A DNA stretch of 64,000 nt from an uncultured Chloroflexia bacterium. GTDB taxonomy: Bacteria > Chloroflexota > Anaerolineae > Anaerolineales > DRKV01. Both the position numbers and the translations under genes were made by a program. Shown in pieces: positions 46,570 through 55,471 of this stretch (positions are counted from its first letter, which is position 1; each line of letters starts with the position of its first letter). A model generated the notes under the pieces. That model searched no databases. It saw only the letters and a list, made by a program, of their open reading frames with translations, and was not told the DNA's origin. The DNA lies in contig CAWGNX010000002.1 of the NCBI GenBank assembly GCA_963824065.1, positions 43,243 to 107,242 of the forward strand, read 5' to 3'.

Positions 46570-48285
46570 TCACGGCTGAGGGATTTCAATAATAAACAAG
46601 CCCATCTGAGGCGGGGAGCCGCCGAGGGTAGAACCGGACACTGCCAGGTACTGCCCGCCGGGAGCCCAATCCAGGTAAGCCGCGCTGAATTTGCCTGTCG
46701 AAAATTCGCCCAAGACCTGCTCACCGGGGAAAGTCTGCACGCGCACTCGTCCAGCGTCCCAGCCCAGCGCCAGGCGGTTGTCTGGGGCGGTGTAGCTACC
46801 GTACAGCCATTCTAAATGATAGGTGTCGCCGAGCAGGGTGAAACCTGGGCCGGGCGCATCGATCTCACGGTAGTAATACGAGCGCTGCTCGTAACCGCTT
46901 GAAAAATCGGTTTCCGCCACCACCAGCCAGGGCTGGTCACCGGGTGCGGGGCGTCCCGCAGGGATAAAGCCAGTATTGAAAACAGATTTGAACGGCAGGG
47001 TTTCTACCCGGGCGTCTTCACTGTGGAAAAGCATGATATCGGGGAAAGCCGCTTCCATACCGGTGCCCAACAGCAGAATGTGCGTAACCCCACCCTCGCT
47101 CGCGACCGGTGAGCCGAAAGCTACCCAGCCGGTGTAGTTGTCCGGATCGGGGTTGACCACATTCTCCACGCCAAACAAACCTTGCGCTACCTCGATCACC
47201 TCGAGCGTTCCGTTCAGGGAAACCAGCAGCGGGCCGCGCTCCAGGGACTGATGCACCAGGAAGGTTGTGTCATCAAGCCATTCGCCTCCCAGGCCCAGGT
47301 CGCCGAGCGCATCCCAGCGGGACCAACCCAGGCGGAACACCTCCCGCCCGCTACTCGCCTCGCTGAACACGGTTTCAGCCTGCAGGATCCCGTTTTCCTG
47401 GCTGAGGATGGTGGTTTCTGCCCGGTAGCTGCCTGCTGTGGACAGGGCTGGATCGTATGCGGGGGGTGGCAGCAGGTCAGCATACTCCGCCTGGGACAGC
47501 GCCCGGAACTCCCCGCACGGCACACCCGCCAGATACTCTCCGCCCTCTGCAACCAGGAATTCACCAGAAGGGGTCCAGGCACCGGGAGCGTAGCTGAGAG
47601 CGGTCACCTCCGGGTGAGGGCAGATCAACCCGCTGGAAGGGTTCGTAAACTGCAGCTCACCCGAGGGCCACGGGCCTCTTGGAGGGGTTTCAGCGCGGCT
47701 GGCAGCGTACCAGTACGCCAGCCACTGACCATCCGGGGACCAGCCGTTGGTGCGGATGCTCTCCCCGCTGATCAGAGGCTCGGCGGGGGAGGCAGTCTGC
47801 GTCGGTTCGGGGATCGCAGTGAAAGTTGCCCGGGGTGTGCTCGATGGCAGGGAAATACCACCGGAAGGAAGCGTTCCGGGATGGGGGGCAGGGGTAACGG
47901 TCTGGGTTGCAGTCGGGATGGCGGTTTGAGAGGCAGCCGGGATAGGGGTAAGGCTGCGCACGACCCAACTGATGACCAGCACCAGCCCCACCAAGGCGAT
48001 GACGCCTGCTGCCAGGCGGGGAATAGAAATTCGATTTGCGGACATGTGTTGTCTCCTGAGCTCATGCTGCACGAGCGCAATGCGCTCGCGGTTGACTGCT
48101 GGTACCGGGAGAGGCCCCGGGAAAGCGGCGGGCAGCTCCAAGACCAACCGGTCGAACAGCTCGGACTCGGCGCGGCAGTCCGGGCAGATCGCCAGATGTT
48201 CAGCCAGCGCGGCATGTTCGACCGGGGAGAGCTGCGGCTGGCGCTGAATCAGGCGGCGCGCCTGGTCATGATTGAGCGGATTCAT
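46570..48285 (-). CDS. anti-sigma factor (zf-HC2) with TM segment and large extracytoplasmic domain
   Basis: AEHLAICPDCRAE (H-x3-C-x2-C) and one TM (IALVGLVLVISWV), then a Pro/Thr linker and WSPDGQWLAYWY propeller-like repeats. The start overlaps the sigma-factor stop (ATGA). Confidence 0.75.
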   Translation of the reverse strand: MNPLNHDQARRLIQRQPQLSPVEHAALAEHLAICPDCRAESELFDRLVLELPAAFPGPLPVPAVNRERIALVQHELRRQHMSANRISIPRLAAGVIALVGLVLVISWVVRSLTPIPAASQTAIPTATQTVTPAPHPGTLPSGGISLPSSTPRATFTAIPEPTQTASPAEPLISGESIRTNGWSPDGQWLAYWYAASRAETPPRGPWPSGELQFTNPSSGLICPHPEVTALSYAPGAWTPSGEFLVAEGGEYLAGVPCGEFRALSQAEYADLLPPPAYDPALSTAGSYRAETTILSQENGILQAETVFSEASSGREVFRLGWSRWDALGDLGLGGEWLDDTTFLVHQSLERGPLLVSLNGTLEVIEVAQGLFGVENVVNPDPDNYTGWVAFGSPVASEGGVTHILLLGTGMEAAFPDIMLFHSEDARVETLPFKSVFNTGFIPAGRPAPGDQPWLVVAETDFSSGYEQRSYYYREIDAPGPGFTLLGDTYHLEWLYGSYTAPDNRLALGWDAGRVRVQTFPGEQVLGEFSTGKFSAAYLDWAPGGQYLAVSGSTLGGSPPQMGLFIIEIPQP

Positions 48286-48860
48286 CAGCTCGATTCTCCT
48301 TCCCCTGGATGCGCGTCCAGCAGCCGGCGAAGCTGCCTGTGGGCGTGGTGCAGCCTGGAAAACACGGTCCCTTCCGGGATCCCTAACACCCCGGCAATTT
48401 CGCGCACCGGGAGTCCCTGCACGTAGCGCAGCAGCACGACTGCCCGGTGAGGCTCGTCCAGCTGTTGGACGGCCTCCCGCAGGCGCAGGCGTGCTTCATC
48501 CGCGAGGTAGGCCTGTTCGGGGGTTGAGTCAGGTGGTTGGGCGAGCCCCACCCGTTGGAGGACGTTTTCCAGCGCCAGACGCCTTTTTTGGCGGCGCAGG
48601 CGATCGCGGCACAGGTTGAGGGTGATGGTGGTCAGCCAGGCGCGGAAATTAGTGCCTGACTGGTAGCGGTGCAGCTGGCGGGCAGCCTGGATGAAAGCTT
48701 CCTGGACGGTGTCCTGAGCCTCGTCCGGGTCGCCGAGGTAGGCATAAGCCAGCCGGTCCAGGTAGCTGGCATAAGTGCTTACCATCAGCTCTGCCAGCTG
48801 CGGGTCGTCGCGGCGGGATTTTTCCAGCAGGTGGTCGAAATCTGTCGTCACGGTGATCAT
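48285..48860 (-). CDS. ECF (sigma-70 family) RNA polymerase sigma factor
   Basis: Region 2 is AQDTVQEAFIQAARQLHRYQSGTNFRAWLTTITLNLCRDRLRRQ. Region 4 is LRYVQGLPVREIAGVLGIPEGTVFSRLHHA. Confidence 0.9.
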   Translation of the reverse strand: MITVTTDFDHLLEKSRRDDPQLAELMVSTYASYLDRLAYAYLGDPDEAQDTVQEAFIQAARQLHRYQSGTNFRAWLTTITLNLCRDRLRRQKRRLALENVLQRVGLAQPPDSTPEQAYLADEARLRLREAVQQLDEPHRAVVLLRYVQGLPVREIAGVLGIPEGTVFSRLHHAHRQLRRLLDAHPGEGESS

Positions 48861-48958
48861 TCTAAGTAATTAACGCAACTCGGGCCGAAAACCTTTAAAT
48901 TTAACGAAAAAACCCCTGGAATGTTCCAGGGAATCGCTCTCCATCTGGTCAAGAAACC

Positions 48959-50188
48959 TCAGGGGCGGGCAAAAACGGCGGTGAAGCGGCCTTTATACTC
49001 GGCAGATTCTGAGGCGGCATAGCCGACCCCAATCTCGGTCACGTTCGGATTGAGGATATTGGCGAGGTGGACCGGGCTGCCGAGCCACCAGTCGACCGCT
49101 CCACGGGGTGTTCCACCAAATGTTGGGTCACCCGCATACACGTTTTCTAGCGCCAGCGCAGCCGCGTAGCCCTGGGCGGCGATGCGGTCGGGCCACGAGC
49201 TGCCGTCGGTGCCGGTGTGGCTGCTGTGGTTGTTGCAGGCCATATCGATGCTGTGAGCCAGGGCAGCCGCATCCAACAACGGATTCTCCGCCAGGGCGGG
49301 CAGGCCGTTCGCCAGGCGAGCCTGGTTAATGTATTGGATCGCCTCCTGGGCATAGCCGGGAGGGCTGGTGTAGGCGCAGCTACCTGCAGTGGCATTTTCC
49401 CCGCTACCTGCAGGTCCACCTGCTCCTGGACTGCCCTGTGACGTGCCGGCAACAGGCTCGCCGGATGGCAGAAAACCCACCTTGATGCGTGTCCAGAAGA
49501 AATCTTTGCTGGCTTTACCCAGGCCGAAGCGATCTCCACTGCTGTTCTGCAGCTCCCAGTTGCTGTAATAGCTGCCGCCTGCATCCGGGGCACGCATGTC
49601 CAGGGCAATGTCTACCGTGCTCCCAGGAGGCACGCTGCGCGGCAGCGGGCTGGTGAGTGGGGCACTGAGCGGGTCACCACTGTTGAAGATCACGGCGTAA
49701 CCGGCATCCCAGGTGCAGCTGCCTTCGTTCTTAATCCGCCACGATTTGGTAAACGGGGTGTCCTGGTAGAAAAACGTATCATCTGGGATGCTCAGGTCGC
49801 CGTAAAACCCAGCCAGGTCCAGGCATGACTCGGCGCTGCCTTCGGGAGAGGCAGCCGAGGGCGGGCTGGTAGGAGCCGCCGGAGAGGGGGAGGCGGGGGT
49901 AGGCGGAGTGGATTGGGATCCAGTCTGGGTGGGGGTATCGGTGGGATGAGCTTCCGGGCTGGAGGCAGGCGTCCCAACGGGATGGGTGGGATCAGGCTGG
50001 GTTGAGGGGGTGGCGGCTTGCAATGGGGTAGGTGTGGATACGGCCTGCTGGGTAGCAGCCGGTGTGGCTGAGGCTGCGGGCTGCGCGGTGGGAGCCTGGG
50101 TTTCAGCAGCACTCCCCTGGCAGCCGGCCAGGAGCAGTGCCATAAATATGCACAATAAAACCAGCAACTGCGGGGAAATTTTCTGCAA
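48959..50188 (-). CDS. lipoprotein: Pro/Thr/Ser linker + NBR1-like domain + CAP/SCP domain
   Basis: Lipobox LLAGC. DTPFTKSWRIKNEGSCTW...GSTVDIALDMRAPDAGGSYYSNWELQNSSGDRFG is NBR1-like. INQARLANGLPAL...HSIDMACNNHSSHTGTDGSSWPDRI...WLGSPVHLANIL is the CAP domain. Confidence 0.75.
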   Translation of the reverse strand: MQKISPQLLVLLCIFMALLLAGCQGSAAETQAPTAQPAASATPAATQQAVSTPTPLQAATPSTQPDPTHPVGTPASSPEAHPTDTPTQTGSQSTPPTPASPSPAAPTSPPSAASPEGSAESCLDLAGFYGDLSIPDDTFFYQDTPFTKSWRIKNEGSCTWDAGYAVIFNSGDPLSAPLTSPLPRSVPPGSTVDIALDMRAPDAGGSYYSNWELQNSSGDRFGLGKASKDFFWTRIKVGFLPSGEPVAGTSQGSPGAGGPAGSGENATAGSCAYTSPPGYAQEAIQYINQARLANGLPALAENPLLDAAALAHSIDMACNNHSSHTGTDGSSWPDRIAAQGYAAALALENVYAGDPTFGGTPRGAVDWWLGSPVHLANILNPNVTEIGVGYAASESAEYKGRFTAVFARP

Positions 50189-50202
50189 AACCAGGAGAAC
50201 TC

Positions 50203-52226
50203 CTACGGTAGATGGGGTGGCGACAACAGCATGGTGGAGAAATTGGCTTCATCGACCCAGCCGGTCAGCTCACCGGCATCGACAAACCACCAGTAAGTGC
50301 CAGTTGCGTACACTCCATTGAGGGTGTTTTCGGGATCGGCGATTTTAAGTTGGCTTTCGACCGGCAGCAGGGCGAATGTGCCGTAATTGGTCCCGGGACC
50401 CTGGCGCAGGTGGGTCTCGCCCAGGGTGTAGACCACATCATCGGTATGGTAGTGACCGTTCTTGATCATGGGTTCGGCGACGATCATCGCCAGGCTGTTG
50501 ACCACAGGACGCTGGCAGATTCCGGTGCGGCTGGTTTCGCCGAGCACGTATCCTGAATTGAGCGCCAGGGCTGCGGGATCCAGCTCCTGCTGGGTCGAGG
50601 GGATGGCCGGGCCGGCAGGGGTTACGCCGCCTTGCCCAGCGGCTTCACCGGGCGGCAGCTCGCCGTCTGTGCCGCGCTGGACGGCGGTCAGGTAAACCTG
50701 GCGGCAGACCATTGGCAGGTAATCCCCGGATTGGGTCACGACCTGCCCGTTGATGTACATGGTAGTCGAGCCGCCGCCATCCAGGTTGGCAGCCCATTTC
50801 ACTTCCAGCTCATCCGCCAGGAACACCGCCAGATCGTCCAGGGTGATGCCCGTGCGCCCGCGGCTCCCATCGGCATTGATCACAGGGTGCCCTTCAGCGG
50901 CGACAAAGTAGATATAGTCGTCACTGGTAGCAATGGCGGTGCGCGGGGCAGGCCCGCCGCCAATCGTCTGCGGTTCTCCGCCGGAGACCAGGGTTGAGTC
51001 GACGCCAATCGCCGCGTAGGCCTCCGTCCAATCGCGGGCCGATTCCACCTTGCAGCGATCGGCTGAGCCATCCACGATCTTCATATTAATGCCCACCCAC
51101 AGGCCTTCGCGACCGCGGGTGTAATCCAGGAGCTTTGTGCCATTTACCCCGTAGGCAGACAGCACGATCTGATCGAAACCGATAGGCGCCGGGTCTTTAT
51201 TGACGCGCACCGCGACGATATGGCCCCAGAACTCGATCGTCCGTGAGCGGGTCTTCGACACCGGCGGGTACGATCAGCAGCGGGTTTTCCAGGCGCACGA
51301 CCACTTCCACACTCTGGGAGCTGGACTTGGGCGCCTGCCCGGTGGTGACACCGAAATGGGAAGTATACAGGAACAGACCCTGGTCAGTCGTGCGCGGGAC
51401 ATTGATGCCGCTGAGCTTGACTTCGCTGCCGGGCTGGGTCGGGTCGAGTAGCACAGTTTGCTCGTTGGGCGGGTGGCTGACACAACCGCCGATGAAGGCG
51501 CGCCGCCCCAGCGTCCAGACGAAGCCGGAGCGATTTTCATAATCTTTAAAGCGGTCGATATACCAGCCGCTCTGGACCATCCCCTGGTTGGGATACCCCG
51601 CCACGGTGATCGGGATATTGTTGTCGTCATTTTGATCCTGGAGATCAATCAGGCTGCCATTGATTGCCACCACGATGTGGTTGCGCTTGCCCCAGTAAGG
51701 CTCGCCGCCCAGCCCGGCATCCCCCCAAAAGTTCAGGCTGTCTTCGGCTTGTGCCACCTGCCCATCCACCCCCTGGAGCGCCCAGGGGACCAGTACCCCA
51801 CCGCCCTTGAGGGTATCCAATGTCAGGTGCGGGTACTGCGGGCCGCGGTTCATCCGGGCAACGTGGATGGGATCGACCGTGCCGGTGATGGCGGAGAATT
51901 GTCGGTAATCGATGCCCGGCTCCAGCTCCACCCAACCCGCGGCTGGATCGGGGCCAGGCAAGGCAAACGGGGCAACCCGGGCATTGGACTCGTTAAAAAT
52001 ACCTGGGGGCAGGGTACGGACCCTGCGGAGGTGGAGGCGGGTAGGCCTCCGCGGTCAGAGCAGGTTCGCCCGGGGCGGTCTGATCCAGGCTCTCGGAGGT
52101 GGGGAGCGCCGGAGCAAGGGTTAACACGGGAGGCAGCGGAGGCGTGCCTGAACAGGCCGCCAGGAACACGAGCAGCCCAACTGCACTGGCGAGCAGAAGG
52201 CGCGGCAGGCGCCGTGGGGCGGTCAT
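50203..52226 (-). pseudogene. phosphodiester glycosidase (NAGPA-like/DUF2233) + SH3b lipoprotein, paralogue of 52232-54112, two frame breaks
   Basis: A lipobox N-terminus (LAAC, 51993-52226), a middle part (51197-51961) and a C-part (50203-51261, with PRTAIA...NLDGGGSTTM and an SH3b tail) lie in three frames. The breaks are at G5 (52005-52009) and near 51236-51250. Confidence 0.75.
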
Positions 52227-52231
52227 GCGCT

Positions 52232-54112
52232 TCAGCGGCCCTCCGGAAGGAACCGCGCCCGGTAAATTTCGTAGGGTACCAGGGCGCGCTCATCCACCCA
52301 GCCCTGCGTTCCGTTAAATTCGATATACCACCAATATGCCCCGGTCGCATACACACCGTTGAGGCTGCTGCCGGGGTCGGCAATCTGGGTGATCGTGCCC
52401 AGCGGCAGCGGGCCAAAGGAAGCATAATTCAGCCCGGGGCCCTGGCGGATGGAGGTGGCGGTGACCGCTGCTACCAGGTCGGGCACGGTGTAGGCCTGCG
52501 ACTGCTGCATGGGGTTGACGACCACCATGGCGATGCCGTTGGGCACCCGGCGGTGGCAGCTCTGCCCGAAGGCGTAATCAACGGCTTCCTCCTGCACCTC
52601 CAGCGGGTCAGCCGGGGCCGGCAGGCGGCTGCCATTGTAAGGGTTCCAGGTGCTGCGGTAGCGGTAGGGAGTGGAGAATGGTTCTTCTGCCTCTACCGCG
52701 GCAGGCGGCGCAGCCTGCTGCGCGGCTGCGGCTGGCTTCAGGATGCCGGGGATGAAAGCCTGCGGGCAGTACAGCAGGTCGGTTGAATGGGTGACGGAGT
52801 AGCCGTCGACCACCATGGTCGATGACCCGCCGCCGTCCAGGTTCATGGCGGAATCGACGCCCAGGAACTGATCCATGAATTTACCCAGATCAAACATGCT
52901 GATCCCGGTGCGGTCGATGTAATCGCCCTGCTGGTTAAAGATGGGGTGTCCTTCGGCAACCACAAAATAAATGTAGCTGGCGCTGTAGCCGATGGCGGTA
53001 CGCGGCGCGACCCCGGCCCCGATGTTGACCGGTTCGCCGTTGTTCACGATTGTCTGCCCGCCGCCAAGGGCGGCATAGGTTTCGGTCCATGAATTCCCGG
53101 TGGGGGTGAAGCAGTCACCTGGGATACCGTCATTGATGCGGAGATTAATCCCAACGATGTCATTGATTTTGGCTTTGTCAAATATTTTGCTTGCACCGCG
53201 TCCATACCCGGAGAGGATTACCTCGTCAAACCCAATGTTCGCCGGCGGCGTGCCATAGGTATGGGTAAAGACATCCTGCGGCGCGTTCGTGCGGATATCG
53301 ACGATGGTTCCGGTGATTACACTGCCTGTGATGAACTCAGTTTCGCCTGAAGGGATTGCTGTAAGAGGTATAGGAAGTTGAACGAGCGCTTCCACCGTGT
53401 AATCGTACTCGGGCGGACGCGTTTGATCTGCGATGATGCCGTATTGGGGTGTGTACAGGTAGATGCTTTCGTCCGCACGGGGGACATTGATCCCGGCAAT
53501 TTTCACTTCATTGTCCGGATTTGGATTTAGAAAATCAAAAATAACTTTCTGCTCATCCGCGGGCTGTTTAACACAGCTGCCAATGAAGATATCCTTGTTC
53601 ATCTTATATACCAGGCCAGACCAGCTCTCATCATCTACATATTTCCAGTTGTACCAGCCGGACTGGAACTGACCCTGCGAAGGGATGAACGTGCTGGTAT
53701 CCCAATAACTGCCGTTGATCGCGGCCACAATGGTGCCGGTGGTGCCCCAATAGGGCTGCCCGCCGCTGCCCAGGTCGCCCCAGGCGTTGAGAGCGCCGTC
53801 CCAGTAGTCCACGTGCTTGTCCATGCCTGCCCCGGTCCACAGGTTGATCCCGCTGGTGCCCACCTGGATATAGCCCCCGGCGATGGTCGTGTCGAGGGTG
53901 ACGCTGGGGTTGCTGCGGTCCATGCGTGTGACGTGGATCGGGTCCTCCGTCCAGTTGGAAGGCAGCTCGGAGGGCTGGTAAACCCGGTAATCAATCCCGG
54001 GAGCGAGTGCTTCCCAATCGCCAGATTGGGCGTAGGCAGGGCCGGGCAGCAGGCTGGTGAGGAAACTTGCCAGGAGCAGAGCGGTCAGGCAGGTGGCGCG
54101 CTTTCGGTGCAT
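52232..54112 (-). CDS. phosphodiester glycosidase family protein (NAGPA-like/DUF2233) with C-terminal SH3b domain
   Basis: Signal peptide, PRTAIGYS...NLDGGGSSTMVV hallmark, and the SH3b-like tail SIRQGPGLNYASFGPLPLGTITQIADP...WWYIEFNGTQGWVDERAL. Confidence 0.8.
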   Translation of the reverse strand: MHRKRATCLTALLLASFLTSLLPGPAYAQSGDWEALAPGIDYRVYQPSELPSNWTEDPIHVTRMDRSNPSVTLDTTIAGGYIQVGTSGINLWTGAGMDKHVDYWDGALNAWGDLGSGGQPYWGTTGTIVAAINGSYWDTSTFIPSQGQFQSGWYNWKYVDDESWSGLVYKMNKDIFIGSCVKQPADEQKVIFDFLNPNPDNEVKIAGINVPRADESIYLYTPQYGIIADQTRPPEYDYTVEALVQLPIPLTAIPSGETEFITGSVITGTIVDIRTNAPQDVFTHTYGTPPANIGFDEVILSGYGRGASKIFDKAKINDIVGINLRINDGIPGDCFTPTGNSWTETYAALGGGQTIVNNGEPVNIGAGVAPRTAIGYSASYIYFVVAEGHPIFNQQGDYIDRTGISMFDLGKFMDQFLGVDSAMNLDGGGSSTMVVDGYSVTHSTDLLYCPQAFIPGILKPAAAAQQAAPPAAVEAEEPFSTPYRYRSTWNPYNGSRLPAPADPLEVQEEAVDYAFGQSCHRRVPNGIAMVVVNPMQQSQAYTVPDLVAAVTATSIRQGPGLNYASFGPLPLGTITQIADPGSSLNGVYATGAYWWYIEFNGTQGWVDERALVPYEIYRARFLPEGR

Positions 54113-54479
54113 AGTTCTCTCTCTCGAAGGGTTGGATTATTCGTTATGGGCTGCAAGTTGGATGCCGGCTGTGTCCGGGTCAGATCCCTTCCACGAAGGC
54201 TGGTGGGGACTGCGCGCAAGGCCTGTCACTTCTCAAGCTGCAATCCGCGCGATACCAGGCGGGCACATTCGTTTCAGACGATTTTTCTCTGGTTTGATCA
54301 GCACAGATTTTACCTTAACTGGCGCGGTTTGCGCCACGCTGAGCGGAATCCGGAAATCCGGGTTCCAACACAGGAAATCAGGTTTACGGCAGGTAGGGCG
54401 ATCCTGCCGGTTGCGGTCTGAGAATACAGGGAAGTGTGTAAGGCTGAAAGTGTTGCTGTTTGGACTAACAACATTGAAA

Positions 54480-54508
54480 GTGAACAAACGCACAATTTCT
54501 CCTATAAT
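54480..54508 (+). promoter_or_regulatory. putative promoter (GTGAAC-17-TATAAT)
   Basis: Perfect TATAAT at 54503-54508, 38 nt upstream of the Flp ATG. The -35 is weak. Confidence 0.35.
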
Positions 54509-54546
54509 ATTTAAAAGCTGTTCGATTGCCTGGGCGGGAGATTCCT

Positions 54547-54696
54547 ATGATCGATCCAACATCCGGTTCCCGTGGGCAGGGGCTGTTGGAGTATGCACTC
54601 ATCATTGCATTAGTAGTCGTTCTTGTGCTGGTTGCGCTGGCGTTTGTCGGGCCGGCAATCAGCGAAATGTATAACACCATTATTCCGATGATTTAA
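54547..54696 (+). CDS. Flp/Fap-family type IVb pilin
   Basis: A 49-aa ORF below the track's length cut-off: MIDPTSGSRGQGLLEYALIIALVVVLVLVALAFVGPAISEMYNTIIPMI. It has the G|QGLxEYALI Flp processing/core motif, a GGAGA RBS and a downstream terminator. Confidence 0.7.
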   Translation: MIDPTSGSRGQGLLEYALIIALVVVLVLVALAFVGPAISEMYNTIIPMI

Positions 54697-54724
54697 TATC
54701 TTGCTCGTGCCCACACGCATCCTC

Positions 54725-54756
54725 GACCCCGGGAATTTCCCGGGGTCCTGGTTTTA
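54725..54756 (+). terminator. Rho-independent terminator
   Basis: GACCCCGGGA-att-TCCCGGGGTC forms a perfect 10-bp stem, followed by CTGGTTTT. It lies 29 nt after the Flp stop. Confidence 0.6.
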
Positions 54757-54868
54757 AGGGCAGTCCTCCAGTTTGTAAGCAGAAAAAGCCTGATTGCTTG
54801 TGAATGCCGCCGGGATGCTTGTGGACCGGGTTGGCGCAGGCTGTCGTGTGTGATTAAATGGTTGGTAC

Positions 54869-55378
54869 ATGACGCTAATTGCATACCATCCGAACGGCTT
54901 GCAGCGTGTGGCGCTCCGATTGGCAGCAACCCGCTGGGCGGGCGAGCTACTGCGCCGTATTTTGCCGCCTCTCGACCGGCAGGTTCTGACGTTGAGCAGG
55001 GGCAGGCACACCCTGAGCGGCGTGCTGACCGGGCTGCCTGTCATCTGGCTGACAACGACCGGGGTGAAAAGCGGGCTGCCGCGCACGACCCCGCTCCTGG
55101 CAGGGGTGGATGGAGAGCGGCTGGTCGTCTTCCCGACCAATTTTGGCGGGCAGCAGTCCCCGAGCTGGCTGTACAATCTCCGCGCCAACCCGCAGGCAAC
55201 AGTAACTTTCCAGGGTGCGGTCCAGCCCTACCTGGCACGCGAGGCCACTGGCAGCGAGCAGGAAGCCTATTGGAAACTGGGGGAGTCTTTTTACCCCGGA
55301 TACGCAGCCTACCGGAGGCGCGTGCGGGGGAGGCACATCCCGGTGGTGGTGCTGGAACCCGCCGCAGCGCAGGAATGA
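54869..55378 (+). CDS. deazaflavin (F420)-dependent nitroreductase family protein (DDN-like)
   Basis: WLTTTGVKSGLPRTTPLL...FPTNFGGQQSPSWLYNLRANPQATV is a typical PF04075-type pattern. Confidence 0.85.
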   Translation: MTLIAYHPNGLQRVALRLAATRWAGELLRRILPPLDRQVLTLSRGRHTLSGVLTGLPVIWLTTTGVKSGLPRTTPLLAGVDGERLVVFPTNFGGQQSPSWLYNLRANPQATVTFQGAVQPYLAREATGSEQEAYWKLGESFYPGYAAYRRRVRGRHIPVVVLEPAAAQE

Positions 55379-55471
55379 CCCCCTGTGCAAGAAAATGCCT
55401 GCGGCGTTCAGCCTGCCGATCTGGTTTCCCATGCAAGGTGCAGCATGACCTGGCGCGAGCGGGTGAATAAG

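Noticed and set aside
47182-48426. 414-aa plus-strand ORF in the track
   Set aside because: It is antisense to the anti-sigma and ECF sigma genes, which have clear motifs. Its translation is Arg/Gly/Pro-rich and low in complexity. This is typical of stop-poor antisense frames in high-GC DNA.
51458-52786. 442-aa plus-strand ORF in the track
   Set aside because: It is antisense to the two phosphodiester-glycosidase paralogues. It has no motifs and a skewed Arg/Gly/Ala/Pro composition.
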